DNA from: Phycisphaerae bacterium
GTDB taxonomy: Bacteria; Planctomycetota; Phycisphaerae; UBA1845
Assembly (NCBI GenBank): GCA_963666835.2
Contig: CAXXGO010000001.1
Coordinates: 1,216,001 to 1,280,000 of the forward strand
Direction: 5' to 3'
DNA: 64,000 nucleotides
The position numbers and the translations under genes were made by a program. Shown one piece after another: positions 20,266 to 29,506 of the stretch (positions are counted from its first letter, which is position 1; every line of letters begins with the position of its first letter). The notes under the pieces are model-generated. The model was given only the letters and a program-made list of their open reading frames with translations. It searched no databases and was not told where the DNA came from.

Positions 20266-21966
20266 ATGTTGACAAAAGCGATACACGTACTGATTCTGGG
20301 TTTGCTCTTATGCTGGGGTTCGGGATGCGTGCCGGTGGGTGGCGGAGATGCGCCCAACGCTAATGCCAATGACAATGCTAATGGCAATGACGATGACAAC
20401 GACAATGTAAGCGGGCCGGCCCCTACGCTGTTTACCCTCTCCACGATGTGTACCGCGTGTCACAACGGACTTGTTGACGAGGCGGATAACGATGTGTCGA
20501 TCGGCATAGCGTGGCAGCCGACGATGATGGCTAACGCGGCGCGCGATCCGTACTACCTGGCCAAGGTGAGCATGGAAGTGGCAAGGGCTCCCGACTTAGC
20601 TGAGGTTGTCGAGGATACGTGCGCTACGTGCCATATGCCTATGGCCCGCACGCAGGCGGCGGCGGACAGCTCCTCCACTGCGATACTGGGTGAGGGCTTT
20701 CTTGACTCGGAGAACGACCTGCACGCCGAGGCGATGGACGGGATCTCATGTGCATTCTGCCATCAGATCGAGGACATCGGACTCGGCGAGCAGGCCAGCT
20801 TCTCCGGCAAGTTCAGTATCGACCTGACCGCGGAGTCGCCCGATCGGGTCAACTACGGTCCGTTCGAGGATCCGGATGTGGATACCATGCGGTCGACGTC
20901 GGGTTTCACGCCGGTCTACGGGGAACACGTGACCGAGGCGGCGTTGTGCGCCACGTGCCACACGCTGTTCACACCGTACGTTGATGCCGAGGGCACGATT
21001 CTGGGCGAGTTTCCGGAACAGACTGCGTTCCTCGAATGGCAGCACAGCGATTTCGGTGACGGTGAGGGCACGGATCAAACCTGCCAGAGCTGCCACATGC
21101 CCGATGCCCAGGGGGCGGCCGTTGTCTCCGTGGTCCCGAGCGGGCTTGAAGCGCGGAGCCCGTTTGCCCGGCATCACTTCGTAGGCGGTAACACGCTGAT
21201 GCTCGGTATCCTGGACGACCACCAAGCTGAGTTGGAGGTGGTCGCCAATTCAGCCGGTTTTGAAACGGTGATTGGTCGGGCGCTGGAGCAACTGCAAGGT
21301 GCTGCCGGCGCAATCGACATTGTCACTGCCGAAGCCGAAGGTGATGCGTTGACAGTGGACGTGAAGATCGAGAACCAGGCCGGACACAAGTTCCCTACCG
21401 GGTTTCCGGCCCGCCGCTTATGGGTTCACCTGACCGTGTCGGATGCAGAAGGAGCGGTGGTCTTTGAATCCGGAGCAGCAGAGGCTGACGGGAGCATCAT
21501 GGGGAACGCCGCGGACGACGATCCGTCCACGTTTGAGCCCCACTATACAGCGATTACCAATGAAGACGAGGTCCAGATCTATGAATCGGTGATGGAGAAC
21601 AGCGACGGCGCGATAACGTATACACTGTTGCGGGCCGCGGCGTACGCCAAGGACAACCGCCTATTGCCGGTCGGGTTCGACAAAGAGACCGCCGGGGCTG
21701 ATTTTGCCACGGCGGGCGAAGCTGTTGAGGACGCCGATTTCACCGGTGGCTCGGACAGCGTGACCTATACGATGGATATTGCCGGTGAGGAAGGGCCGTT
21801 CGTGGTTACCGCAGAGCTTCTCTATCAAAGCGTGGCGTTTCCGTTTGTCGAAGACCTGCGCGAAGAAAGCACCGAGTTGGCGGAGCGTTTCGTGGGTTAT
21901 TTCGATGATGCGGACAAGACCCCAACGTTGATAGCCACGGCGGAGGTCACGGTGCAGGCGGGTTAG
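20266..21966 (+). CDS. Pentaheme cytochrome c lipoprotein
   Basis: Lipoprotein-like signal (WGSGC), N/D-rich linker, five CxxCH motifs (CTACH, CATCH, CAFCH, CATCH, CQSCH), GHKFPTG. Confidence 0.85.
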   Translation: MLTKAIHVLILGLLLCWGSGCVPVGGGDAPNANANDNANGNDDDNDNVSGPAPTLFTLSTMCTACHNGLVDEADNDVSIGIAWQPTMMANAARDPYYLAKVSMEVARAPDLAEVVEDTCATCHMPMARTQAAADSSSTAILGEGFLDSENDLHAEAMDGISCAFCHQIEDIGLGEQASFSGKFSIDLTAESPDRVNYGPFEDPDVDTMRSTSGFTPVYGEHVTEAALCATCHTLFTPYVDAEGTILGEFPEQTAFLEWQHSDFGDGEGTDQTCQSCHMPDAQGAAVVSVVPSGLEARSPFARHHFVGGNTLMLGILDDHQAELEVVANSAGFETVIGRALEQLQGAAGAIDIVTAEAEGDALTVDVKIENQAGHKFPTGFPARRLWVHLTVSDAEGAVVFESGAAEADGSIMGNAADDDPSTFEPHYTAITNEDEVQIYESVMENSDGAITYTLLRAAAYAKDNRLLPVGFDKETAGADFATAGEAVEDADFTGGSDSVTYTMDIAGEEGPFVVTAELLYQSVAFPFVEDLREESTELAERFVGYFDDADKTPTLIATAEVTVQAG

Positions 21967-22091
21967 GGCCGACACAGTCACAACTTGGATAAGTGAAAGG
22001 CGCATGACGCCGAGGTGATGTGGAGTCGCCGCGGCGATGCGGGCGGTCGGTGGTAATGCCGGCCGGGTAGGAACTGAAGGGGAGTACGGCG

Positions 22092-23036
22092 ATGGCCTGG
22101 GAGTACAGCGAGAAAACCAAGCAGCTCTTCATGGACGCGGTGCACGGCAAACCGGGGACCCACCTTGGTGAGATCGAGAATCCGGACGGGCTCGGGGAGC
22201 ACGGTTCGATCGCGTGCGGCGACGCTTTGCGGTTCACCTTTCGAACCGAACGGCACGCCACTGACCCCACGAAGGATGTTATTGTAGAGGCCAAGTACCT
22301 GACGTTTGGCTGTACCTCGGCCATCGCCGCTTCCGAAGCACTTTGCACACTGATAGAACAAGGACGGCATACGCCTATTGAGGCTCTGAAGATCCAGAAC
22401 AAGGACATCGTGGAGTTCCTCGAGGGTTTGCCGGATCAGAAGATCCACTGCTCCGTCATGGGGGCTGAGGCGCTGGAGGCCGCGGTGTTCGACTGGGCTC
22501 GAAAACGCGGCGTGAGCCTGGATAGCCTGGGTATCGATACGCACGCCGACGAGCAGGAGGAAGGGCGGATAGTCTGCAGTTGCTTCTCCCTGAGCGAGCC
22601 TTATTTGCGGCGCAAGATCAAGGAACTGAACCTGAGGACGATTCCCGAGATTACCGGAGCCATCAAGGCGGGAGGGGCGTGCATGTCCTGCCACCACGTT
22701 CCGGGCGGCCTGCGGGATCTCCTTGCGGAGGTCTGGGGCGAGGATGGAGCGCTACGGGAATCGCCGGTCTCGGAAACCGGGCACGATCAAGCACCTGCGC
22801 CGTCTTCCTACGAGTTCATAAAGAGAATCGAGAAGGCGGTGGATGAGTACATCCGTCCGATGCTGCAGAAAGACGGCGGCGACCTGGAGATAATCGATAT
22901 CAAGGGCCCACTCGTTTACTGTAGCCTCCGAGGCGCGTGTGCCGGGTGCGCCGGGGCAAGTCAGACCCTGAAGATGATGGTGGAGAAGACCTTGAAGAAC
23001 GTGGTCGACGAGCGCATACGGATTATCGAGGCCTGA
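22092..23036 (+). CDS. nifU: Three-domain NifU-type Fe-S scaffold
   Basis: U-type Cys (ACGD, FGC, KIHCS), BFD-like CxC...CxxC, C-terminal Nfu DGGD...GACAGC. Confidence 0.92.
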   Translation: MAWEYSEKTKQLFMDAVHGKPGTHLGEIENPDGLGEHGSIACGDALRFTFRTERHATDPTKDVIVEAKYLTFGCTSAIAASEALCTLIEQGRHTPIEALKIQNKDIVEFLEGLPDQKIHCSVMGAEALEAAVFDWARKRGVSLDSLGIDTHADEQEEGRIVCSCFSLSEPYLRRKIKELNLRTIPEITGAIKAGGACMSCHHVPGGLRDLLAEVWGEDGALRESPVSETGHDQAPAPSSYEFIKRIEKAVDEYIRPMLQKDGGDLEIIDIKGPLVYCSLRGACAGCAGASQTLKMMVEKTLKNVVDERIRIIEA

Positions 23037-23050
23037 GTGAGGGGGGGGCG

Positions 23051-24280
23051 ATGAGGATCATATATACCGACAACAACGCCACGACGAAGGTCGCGCCCGA
23101 AGTGTACGAGGCCATGGTCCCTTTTCTTACCGACGATTACTTCAACCCCAGCTCGATGTACGACGCCGCGCGCGGCGCCGCCGATGCAATAAGCCGCGCG
23201 CGAGCTGAGATTGCCGGATATCTTGGGGCGGGTGACCCAAAGCAGATCCTGTTTACGTCGTGTGCCACTGAGAGCAACAATACGGCAATCATGGGCGCCG
23301 CCAGGGCCAACCCCAGCCGTCGGCACATCATTACGACCGCCGTGGAGCACCCGGCCGTGTTAGAGGTCTGCAAGGACCTCGAACGCAGTGGCTATCGAGT
23401 CTCGTATCTTCCGGTGGACGGTGACGGGAATCTGGATACCGGTGAGTTCGTGCGGGCGCTAAGTTCCGATACGCTCATGGTGACTGTCATGCACGCCAAT
23501 AACGAAACGGGCGTGATCTTCCCCGTCGAGAAACTCGCGCGGCTGACCAAGGAAACCGATCCGGCGATCGTCTTTCACACCGACGCTACGCAGTCGGTGG
23601 GGAAACTAGCGATCGATCTTGAGGGCAACTACCGCCAGGTGGACCTTCTGTCGTTCTCCGGCCACAAGCTTCATGCTCCCAAGGGGATCGGGGCCCTTTT
23701 TGTCAGGCGCGGGACGCCGTGCCGGCCTTTCTTGATAGGCGGTCATCAAGAAGGAGGGCGTCGGGCGGGGACGGAGAACGTTGCTTACATCGTCGGGTTG
23801 GCTCGAGCCCTGGCGCTTGCCGAGAAAGAACACGACGGGGAAGAGGCGCGGATTTGCAAGCTTAGAGATCGTTTGGAGGCGGCGCTTGAGGAGTCCATCC
23901 CCTTTGTGCAGGTTAATGCCAAGAACGCCCCACGTTTGCCCAACACGTTGAACATCTCGTGCCACTATATAGAGGGCGAGGGCATGCTCTATCAGTTGAG
24001 CGCCCACGGAATCTGCGCGTCGAGCGGTTCGGCCTGCACGTCCGGATCGCTCGAGCCTTCGCATGTTCTAAGAGCGCTCAAGGTTCCGTTTACCGCGGTA
24101 CACGGATCGGTGCGTTTCAGCCTGAGCCGCTATAACACCGACCAGGATGTGGACCGGATTATCGAGGTCTTTCCGGGAATCGTAGCCAACCTCCGCCGCC
24201 TCTCGCCGTATTGGGACGAGAAGGCCAACGCCCCGCGCGCCGACGCCGAGAGTATGTTCCAACACGCCCCGACAACCTGA
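23051..24280 (+). CDS. nifS: Cysteine desulfurase NifS/IscS type
   Basis: DNNATT, NPSS, HTDATQ, SGHKLHAPKG, SSGSACTSGSLEPSHVL; real start ATG 23051. Confidence 0.95.
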   Translation: MRIIYTDNNATTKVAPEVYEAMVPFLTDDYFNPSSMYDAARGAADAISRARAEIAGYLGAGDPKQILFTSCATESNNTAIMGAARANPSRRHIITTAVEHPAVLEVCKDLERSGYRVSYLPVDGDGNLDTGEFVRALSSDTLMVTVMHANNETGVIFPVEKLARLTKETDPAIVFHTDATQSVGKLAIDLEGNYRQVDLLSFSGHKLHAPKGIGALFVRRGTPCRPFLIGGHQEGGRRAGTENVAYIVGLARALALAEKEHDGEEARICKLRDRLEAALEESIPFVQVNAKNAPRLPNTLNISCHYIEGEGMLYQLSAHGICASSGSACTSGSLEPSHVLRALKVPFTAVHGSVRFSLSRYNTDQDVDRIIEVFPGIVANLRRLSPYWDEKANAPRADAESMFQHAPTT

Positions 24281-24293
24281 ACATTCTATACGG

Positions 24294-24785
24294 TCAGGAG
24301 TTGGTCCCCGTTCGAGCCGGCTTGGCGGACCCGGATGATCTCGCATCTCGGCACGCCCGGCATATTCCGCGGAAGTAGATGTGCGGTTCGGTGATCTGGA
24401 AACCGCGGTACCTGATCTCCGGGAGCTTGATGCGGTCCAACCGTTCATCCGTCAGATCCACCACCTTGTCACAGTGAATGCACGCCAGGTGATGGTGGGG
24501 GTGTACTCCGGCATCGAACCGCGCCGCCGCGCCGGGCTGGTGTATCTTTGTTACCAGTCCGAGTTGAACAAGCACATTCAGAACCCGGTACACGGTCGTG
24601 CGCGATACCCCAGGTATTCTGGCGCTTACGTCCTCGAACAGGCGGTCGGCTGTGGGGTGATCGTCCCGGCCGAGGATCTCCTCGTACACTGCCCTCCGCT
24701 GTACGGTTACCGGGAGCCCTTGTTGGCGGCAGGCGTTCTTGAACTCTTCCAGCCGCTTGTGTACGTCTTTCGAACTCAGCTTCAT
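24294..24785 (-). CDS. Second PerR-type Fur-family regulator
   Basis: TVQRRAV, DHPTAD, SRTTVYRVL, RFD, HHHLACIHCDKVVD (Asp at the D104 position), CRAC; start ATG 24785 (or 24797). Confidence 0.85.
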   Translation of the reverse strand: MKLSSKDVHKRLEEFKNACRQQGLPVTVQRRAVYEEILGRDDHPTADRLFEDVSARIPGVSRTTVYRVLNVLVQLGLVTKIHQPGAAARFDAGVHPHHHLACIHCDKVVDLTDERLDRIKLPEIRYRGFQITEPHIYFRGICRACRDARSSGSAKPARTGTNS

Positions 24786-24795
24786 GATAGAAGAC

Positions 24796-24824
24796 ATTGT
24801 ATTGTAGTTGCTATCATGTGTCAA
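24796..24824 (-). promoter_or_regulatory. Near-consensus sigma70 promoter of the second PerR gene
   Basis: Minus strand TTGACA (24824-24819), 17 bp, TACAAT (24801-24796). Confidence 0.7.
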
Positions 24825-24997
24825 ATGGTGGTTTTTCGATTCGCCGGCCCGGTCTGTTGGCATAGAATGATGAGGACTTTCGTCGGTGGGACCGCTTGTT
24901 GTTCCCCGTGATACTCGGCCGTTGCGGGCCCACGCCGAGAGGGTTGGAAGGTAGTGTCCGGCGGCAACCGCGACGTTGCTGCCGGTTCGGTGTCGGG

Positions 24998-26068
24998 TCA
25001 ATTCGGCGGGAGCGGGCACGAGCCGCCGTGTTTCGCATGATAATCCTGGTGGTACTCTTCCGCTTCGTGGAAGCGCCCGGCGGGTTCCAGCACCGTCACT
25101 ATCTTGCGGGCGCGGAACTTCTCGGTGTTCTGGAGTTGGGCGACGTAATCCCGGGCCTGCTTTAACTGGTTCTCGCCGGCGGCGAAGATCGCCGAGCGAT
25201 ACTGAGAGCCGATGTCAGGACCCTGGCGGTCCAGTTGGGTCGGGTCGTGGATCTTGAAGAACAGCTCCAGCAACCGCTGATAGGAGACTCGGCTGGAATC
25301 GTATGTCACGCGAACGGTTTCGGCGTGCCCGGTCTCTCCCGAACAGACCTGTTTGTACGTCGGGCTGTCCGTACTTCCACCCATGTATCCCGAGACCGCA
25401 TTGATAACGCCGGGCAATTGCTGTAAACGGTCTTCGACGCCCCAGAAACAACCACCGGCGAAATAGGCGGTTTCCATGGGGACCGGACGTGATTCGGCGG
25501 GAAGATCCGCACCTTCGGCGTAGAACCTCAGCGATGCCGAGTTCAGACAATAGCGAAGACCGGTCGGCGGGGGGCCGTCCTTAAACACGTGACCAAGGTG
25601 TGAGCGGCACCGCGCGCACTGGCTCTCGGTGCGGACCATCCCGTGGCTAAGATCTTGCTCGGCGCGAAGGTGTTCCGGGTCAATCGGCTGGAAGAAGCTC
25701 GGCCAGCCGGTGCCCGATGTGAACTTCGAGTCCGAGCTGAACAAGGGCAGGCCGCAAACCCGACACGTGTAGATGCCTTTTTCCTTGTTATCCAGCAAGG
25801 TGCCGCAAAACGAGCGTTCGGTGCCCTTTCCCAGCAGAATGCGACGCTCCTCCGGAGTTAGCCCTTCTGCCAGCTCTTCGATTCGTTCCCGCGTTAACAG
25901 GGTTATATCGTAGCCGCTCTTCGAGTAAGCGTTACGTTGGTCCGGCTTGTCCTCCGGCTTGCCCGGTATGCCCGGCGGTTGAGCTCGGGTAGCGGCCATG
26001 CGGAGCACCATCAGGCCGCAAGCCACGATCAACAGAACACCCAGTGACGGCGCCTCGATGCCTTTCAT
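24998..26068 (-). CDS. msrAB: Exported bifunctional methionine sulfoxide reductase MsrB-MsrA
   Basis: Signal peptide; MsrB SGTGWPSF, HLGHVF, RYCLNS; MsrA FAGGCFWG, SGYMGG, AEEYHQDY. Confidence 0.93.
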   Translation of the reverse strand: MKGIEAPSLGVLLIVACGLMVLRMAATRAQPPGIPGKPEDKPDQRNAYSKSGYDITLLTRERIEELAEGLTPEERRILLGKGTERSFCGTLLDNKEKGIYTCRVCGLPLFSSDSKFTSGTGWPSFFQPIDPEHLRAEQDLSHGMVRTESQCARCRSHLGHVFKDGPPPTGLRYCLNSASLRFYAEGADLPAESRPVPMETAYFAGGCFWGVEDRLQQLPGVINAVSGYMGGSTDSPTYKQVCSGETGHAETVRVTYDSSRVSYQRLLELFFKIHDPTQLDRQGPDIGSQYRSAIFAAGENQLKQARDYVAQLQNTEKFRARKIVTVLEPAGRFHEAEEYHQDYHAKHGGSCPLPPN

Positions 26069-26240
26069 GGTGATGTCTCCGATCATTCCGCCCACTCCAT
26101 GCAGGTGGGTTACACAGCCTCGTTGGTTGCCCGACTTCGGGCCTCTGGGTAATCTGTCACCGGAGCCATGACGTGCGCCGGTACTGGTGACGTAAGCTAA
26201 CCGATGACCATGCCCGATGCCAGTTTGTTGAGGTAATTCG

Positions 26241-27548
26241 ATGTCGGGAAGGGTCGTGCATTTAGCTGCGGGGGCGGGGCGGATGTACTGCGGCGCGTGC
26301 ATGCGCGACAATCGTCTTACCGCCAGGTTGATGCAGCAAGGCCACAACGTCGCGCTGCTGCCTTTGTACATGCCGATCCGGACGGACGAATCGGATGTTA
26401 GTCGAAGCGGCGTGTACTATGGCGGACTCAGCGTAGGCCTCCAACAGAAGCTGGCTTTCTTTCGGCATGTCCACCGACGGTTGGATCGACTACTGGATTC
26501 CCCGGTGCTTCTCAGGACCCTCGGGCGCGTGATGTCTAGGATTCGGCCGGTTGGAATCGGTCCTTTGACGGTGTCGATCCTGGCCGGCGAGGAAGGGGTC
26601 CAGCGAAAGGAGCTACACAAGCTGGTTGCGGGACTAAGGGCCCTCGAGCCGAGTCTCGTGAGTCTTCCCAACCTGATGTTCGTGGGAGTGGCTAAGGCGC
26701 TGAAGGCGGCGCTGGGCGTCCCGATACTGTGTACGCTGGCCGGTGAGGATGCGTTTATCGAGGCGCTCCCGGATCCTTATCGGGACCGCGCCTTTGAGTT
26801 GATCCGCGAGAGGTCCACAGACGTCGACGGCTTCATCGCCCCGACGCGCTACTACGCCACCCGCGCGGCCGAGTGCTTTGGATTGGATCAGGATCGCGTA
26901 CATTACGTTCCCATGGGCATTCGCGTTGATGACGTGGGTTGTCCGGCTGATCCACCCGCCGAGCCGTTTACGATCGGGTACCTGGCCGGAATCTGTCCGG
27001 AGAAAGGGCTGGCAGTGTTGGGTAAGGCTTTCAAGTTGCTTGGGAAGGGCTCCCGCAGGTGTCGCCTTCGGATAGCCGGGTACGCGGGCGCGGTGGGGCG
27101 GAAATACTGGGCCAAAATCCGTTGCGGGCTGCGTCAGGACGGGCTACTTTCGGCGGTCGACTACGTGGGGGAAGTCAGTCGCCCCGAGAAGCTCAGCTTC
27201 CTTCGGTCTCTGCACGTTCTGTCGGTGCCGACCATTCATCCTGAGCCGAAGGGCCTTTATGTACTCGAAGCCATGGCCGGTGGTGTTCCGGTGGTGCAGC
27301 CGCGCCACGGGTCTTTTCCGGAATTGGTCGAAGCTACGGGAGGCGGACGGCTTTATGATTCGCCCGACCCGCAAGCTCTGGCTGAGGCCATCAAGGAACT
27401 TATGGACAATGAGACGCTACGTCGGCGTTTGGCTGAAAGCGGCAGGGCGGCAGTGCGCGACAAGTTCAGTGACGACATCATGGCCGCGAAGACCTGGGAG
27501 CTGTACGAGCGGTTTGGCGTAGAGGCCGGTGCGCATTCAGCACAATGA
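26241..27548 (+). CDS. Glycosyltransferase family 4 with N-terminal CxxC
   Basis: GAGRMYCGACMRDN; C-terminal GT-B motif EPKGLYVLEAMAGGVPVV. Confidence 0.85.
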   Translation: MSGRVVHLAAGAGRMYCGACMRDNRLTARLMQQGHNVALLPLYMPIRTDESDVSRSGVYYGGLSVGLQQKLAFFRHVHRRLDRLLDSPVLLRTLGRVMSRIRPVGIGPLTVSILAGEEGVQRKELHKLVAGLRALEPSLVSLPNLMFVGVAKALKAALGVPILCTLAGEDAFIEALPDPYRDRAFELIRERSTDVDGFIAPTRYYATRAAECFGLDQDRVHYVPMGIRVDDVGCPADPPAEPFTIGYLAGICPEKGLAVLGKAFKLLGKGSRRCRLRIAGYAGAVGRKYWAKIRCGLRQDGLLSAVDYVGEVSRPEKLSFLRSLHVLSVPTIHPEPKGLYVLEAMAGGVPVVQPRHGSFPELVEATGGGRLYDSPDPQALAEAIKELMDNETLRRRLAESGRAAVRDKFSDDIMAAKTWELYERFGVEAGAHSAQ

Positions 27549-27727
27549 GGAAACCGGCAAAGCGGTACGCCCGAATCGGATTGAGGCGAGTGTAGCGTTT
27601 CGGGTTTCGGTCTTACGCTGCTGACGGTATAGTCAGCGCCGGCGATGCGTTTTCGCGGTGCGCGTGCGAGAGTCGCAGCGGTACTCTCCGAGGGTTGATC
27701 ACGTGGAGGAAAGGGAGCCATACAGCC

Positions 27728-28093
27728 ATGGCAAAGAGGAAGAACAAGACGGCGCAGGTTGACTGGTACTACCATCGCCGGGGCTGAGTATCCAGCGCCC
27801 GATCGCAGGAGTTTCTTGCGAAGAACGGGATCGACCCGAAAGAGGTTGTCGATGCTAAAGCGAAGTTGGGTCGGGAAGCCGCGTTGGAGCTGGTTCGGGC
27901 GGCCTCAACCGTAATCGTCGCCAAGGGCAAGAAGGTGACGCGGTTCGATATGAAGAAGGAGCCCCCGGACGAGGACACTCTATTGGGCCATCTACTTGGC
28001 ACTACCGGCAACCTCAGAGCCCCGACGGTTCGATCGGGGAAGACTCTCGTCGTGGGGTTCCACGAGGAGGTCTACGGAAGCGAGTTCCTCTGA
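27728..28093 (+). CDS. ArsC/Spx-like selenoprotein (UGA = Sec at codon 20)
   Basis: SD-like GGAGGAAAGGGAG, ATG 27728, MAKRKNKTAQVDWYYHRRG-UGA(27785-27787)-VSSARSQEFL... in frame with GNLRAPTVRSGKTLVVGF; SECIS-like hairpin directly downstream. Confidence 0.82.
27798..27829 (+). other. Putative bacterial SECIS element
   Basis: Stem TCGCAGGA (27803-27810) / TCTTGCGA (27814-27821), G-led loop 24 nt after the UGA, lower stem CCCG/CGGG. Confidence 0.7.
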
Positions 28094-28399
28094 TCGTTGC
28101 GAAAGCGTTGGTCGGGCACCCGGTAAGGGACCGGGAAGGACGTGCGAGCTCCGCAGGGCAGCTCAACGACCTGCTTTTGCCCTCGATCAACCACTCGTCC
28201 GATTCGCGGCGGCACGAGGGGAGACGGAACATGTTCGTCTTCCAGTGGTGTCGCAACGGTGGGGCCGGCCTGGTCCACCGAGGCGCCCGGTGGGCGTGCG
28301 CCTTGCTCGGGGCTGCATACCTGTGTATCTTGAGCGCGCCAATCGACGATGGCGAGAGCGTGTCACTTCGAGAAACTCGAGACGGAAGGCTGGCTACCG

Positions 28400-29470
28400 A
28401 TGCTCCCGAGCCCGGAAGAGCTTATCAACGCCACCATAGAGGCGTTGGGTAAGAGCGCGAAGACCGATTACCGGATAACGCCGACTACTCACGCCCGTGA
28501 GCTTGCCGAGCGTGCTGGTGAGCTGGCGGAGATTCTCAGGACCAGTGAAGCGTTAGTTGCTGCCCGGCAGTACGAAGAGCGGGACCAGCGCGCTCGGGAC
28601 GCGCGCGACCGGTTTGGGAGACTGACCTCCCGCGCCCGCTGGGCCGTGCTGATCGCAGCCTGCTTCGCGGTGGCCCTGATGTTGGCCGGAGCTTTTGCGG
28701 AGCGCCTGCAGATCGCCGACCGGGGGTGGGTGTTTATTGCTCTGGGGGGTGCGGGTACGGTGGCGGGCGCCTTGGGCACCATGTGGGTCTTTCGGATTCG
28801 CGAGGGGAAGCTGCTCGATGAGTGGATGCAGCACCGGGCCCATGCCGAGACTCGGAGGTTGGCGTATTTTGCCCTTGTCACCGGTTGCCGCAATGGGTCG
28901 ACCGGATCCGGTCTACCTCTTCGTCTTCAGCAACTCGAGTACTTCCGGCGGTACCAGCTCGAGGTCCAGGTGAGATATTACCGAGATCGCAGTGCCGAAC
29001 ATTTGGCAGCGTCCCGGAGGACGCTGGCGGTGAGCAGTTGGGCCGTGTTTGTGTCGACGTTGTCCGCAGGGCTAGCCGGGGTCCTGGGTGCGTGGTGGCC
29101 GGCCTTGGCATCGCTTGCGGCGCTGAGCGTGTTGGGATCGGCGCTATCCTCGTTTGCGTCCGTTAAGGAATCCGGCAACCAGGACCGGCGCAACGCGGAA
29201 CGGTACGGCAGGACCTATGAAAGTCTGGAGCAACTCGAGAGCAAGTTGCCGGCGGTCCGTCATGCGGTTACGGCCGGATCGAGCAAAGCTCTCAACCAGT
29301 TCGTCAGGGCCGTCCATGAGCAGTTGTCGCTGGAACACCGGCAGTGGCTTCGGGGAGCGGAGGCCATCAGTGACGGCGTGGCGAGTCTCGAAGAGACTCT
29401 GGCCGGGCTGAAGGACCAAACCGCGTCGATCTCTTCGTGCCAGGCAAAGCAACCCGTGAACGCGGGTTAA
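28400..29470 (+). CDS. Tandem SLATT/DUF4231-like 4TM effector protein
   Basis: Two TM hairpins followed by WMQHRAHAETRR; YFRRYQLEVQVRYY; C-terminal FVRAVHEQLSLEHRQW, the pattern of SLATT_3+SLATT_1 fusions. Confidence 0.7.
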   Translation: MLPSPEELINATIEALGKSAKTDYRITPTTHARELAERAGELAEILRTSEALVAARQYEERDQRARDARDRFGRLTSRARWAVLIAACFAVALMLAGAFAERLQIADRGWVFIALGGAGTVAGALGTMWVFRIREGKLLDEWMQHRAHAETRRLAYFALVTGCRNGSTGSGLPLRLQQLEYFRRYQLEVQVRYYRDRSAEHLAASRRTLAVSSWAVFVSTLSAGLAGVLGAWWPALASLAALSVLGSALSSFASVKESGNQDRRNAERYGRTYESLEQLESKLPAVRHAVTAGSSKALNQFVRAVHEQLSLEHRQWLRGAEAISDGVASLEETLAGLKDQTASISSCQAKQPVNAG

Positions 29471-29506
29471 TCTGAGGGGGAGATGTTTGACGATCAAGGC
29501 TGTCCA

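Noticed and set aside
22092..24280. nifU/nifS as evidence for nitrogen fixation
   Set aside because: No nitrogenase genes in the window; NIF-type Fe-S systems are common in non-diazotrophic anaerobes
27866..28093. 75-aa ORF-track call
   Set aside because: C-terminal fragment of the UGA-readthrough selenoprotein starting at 27728
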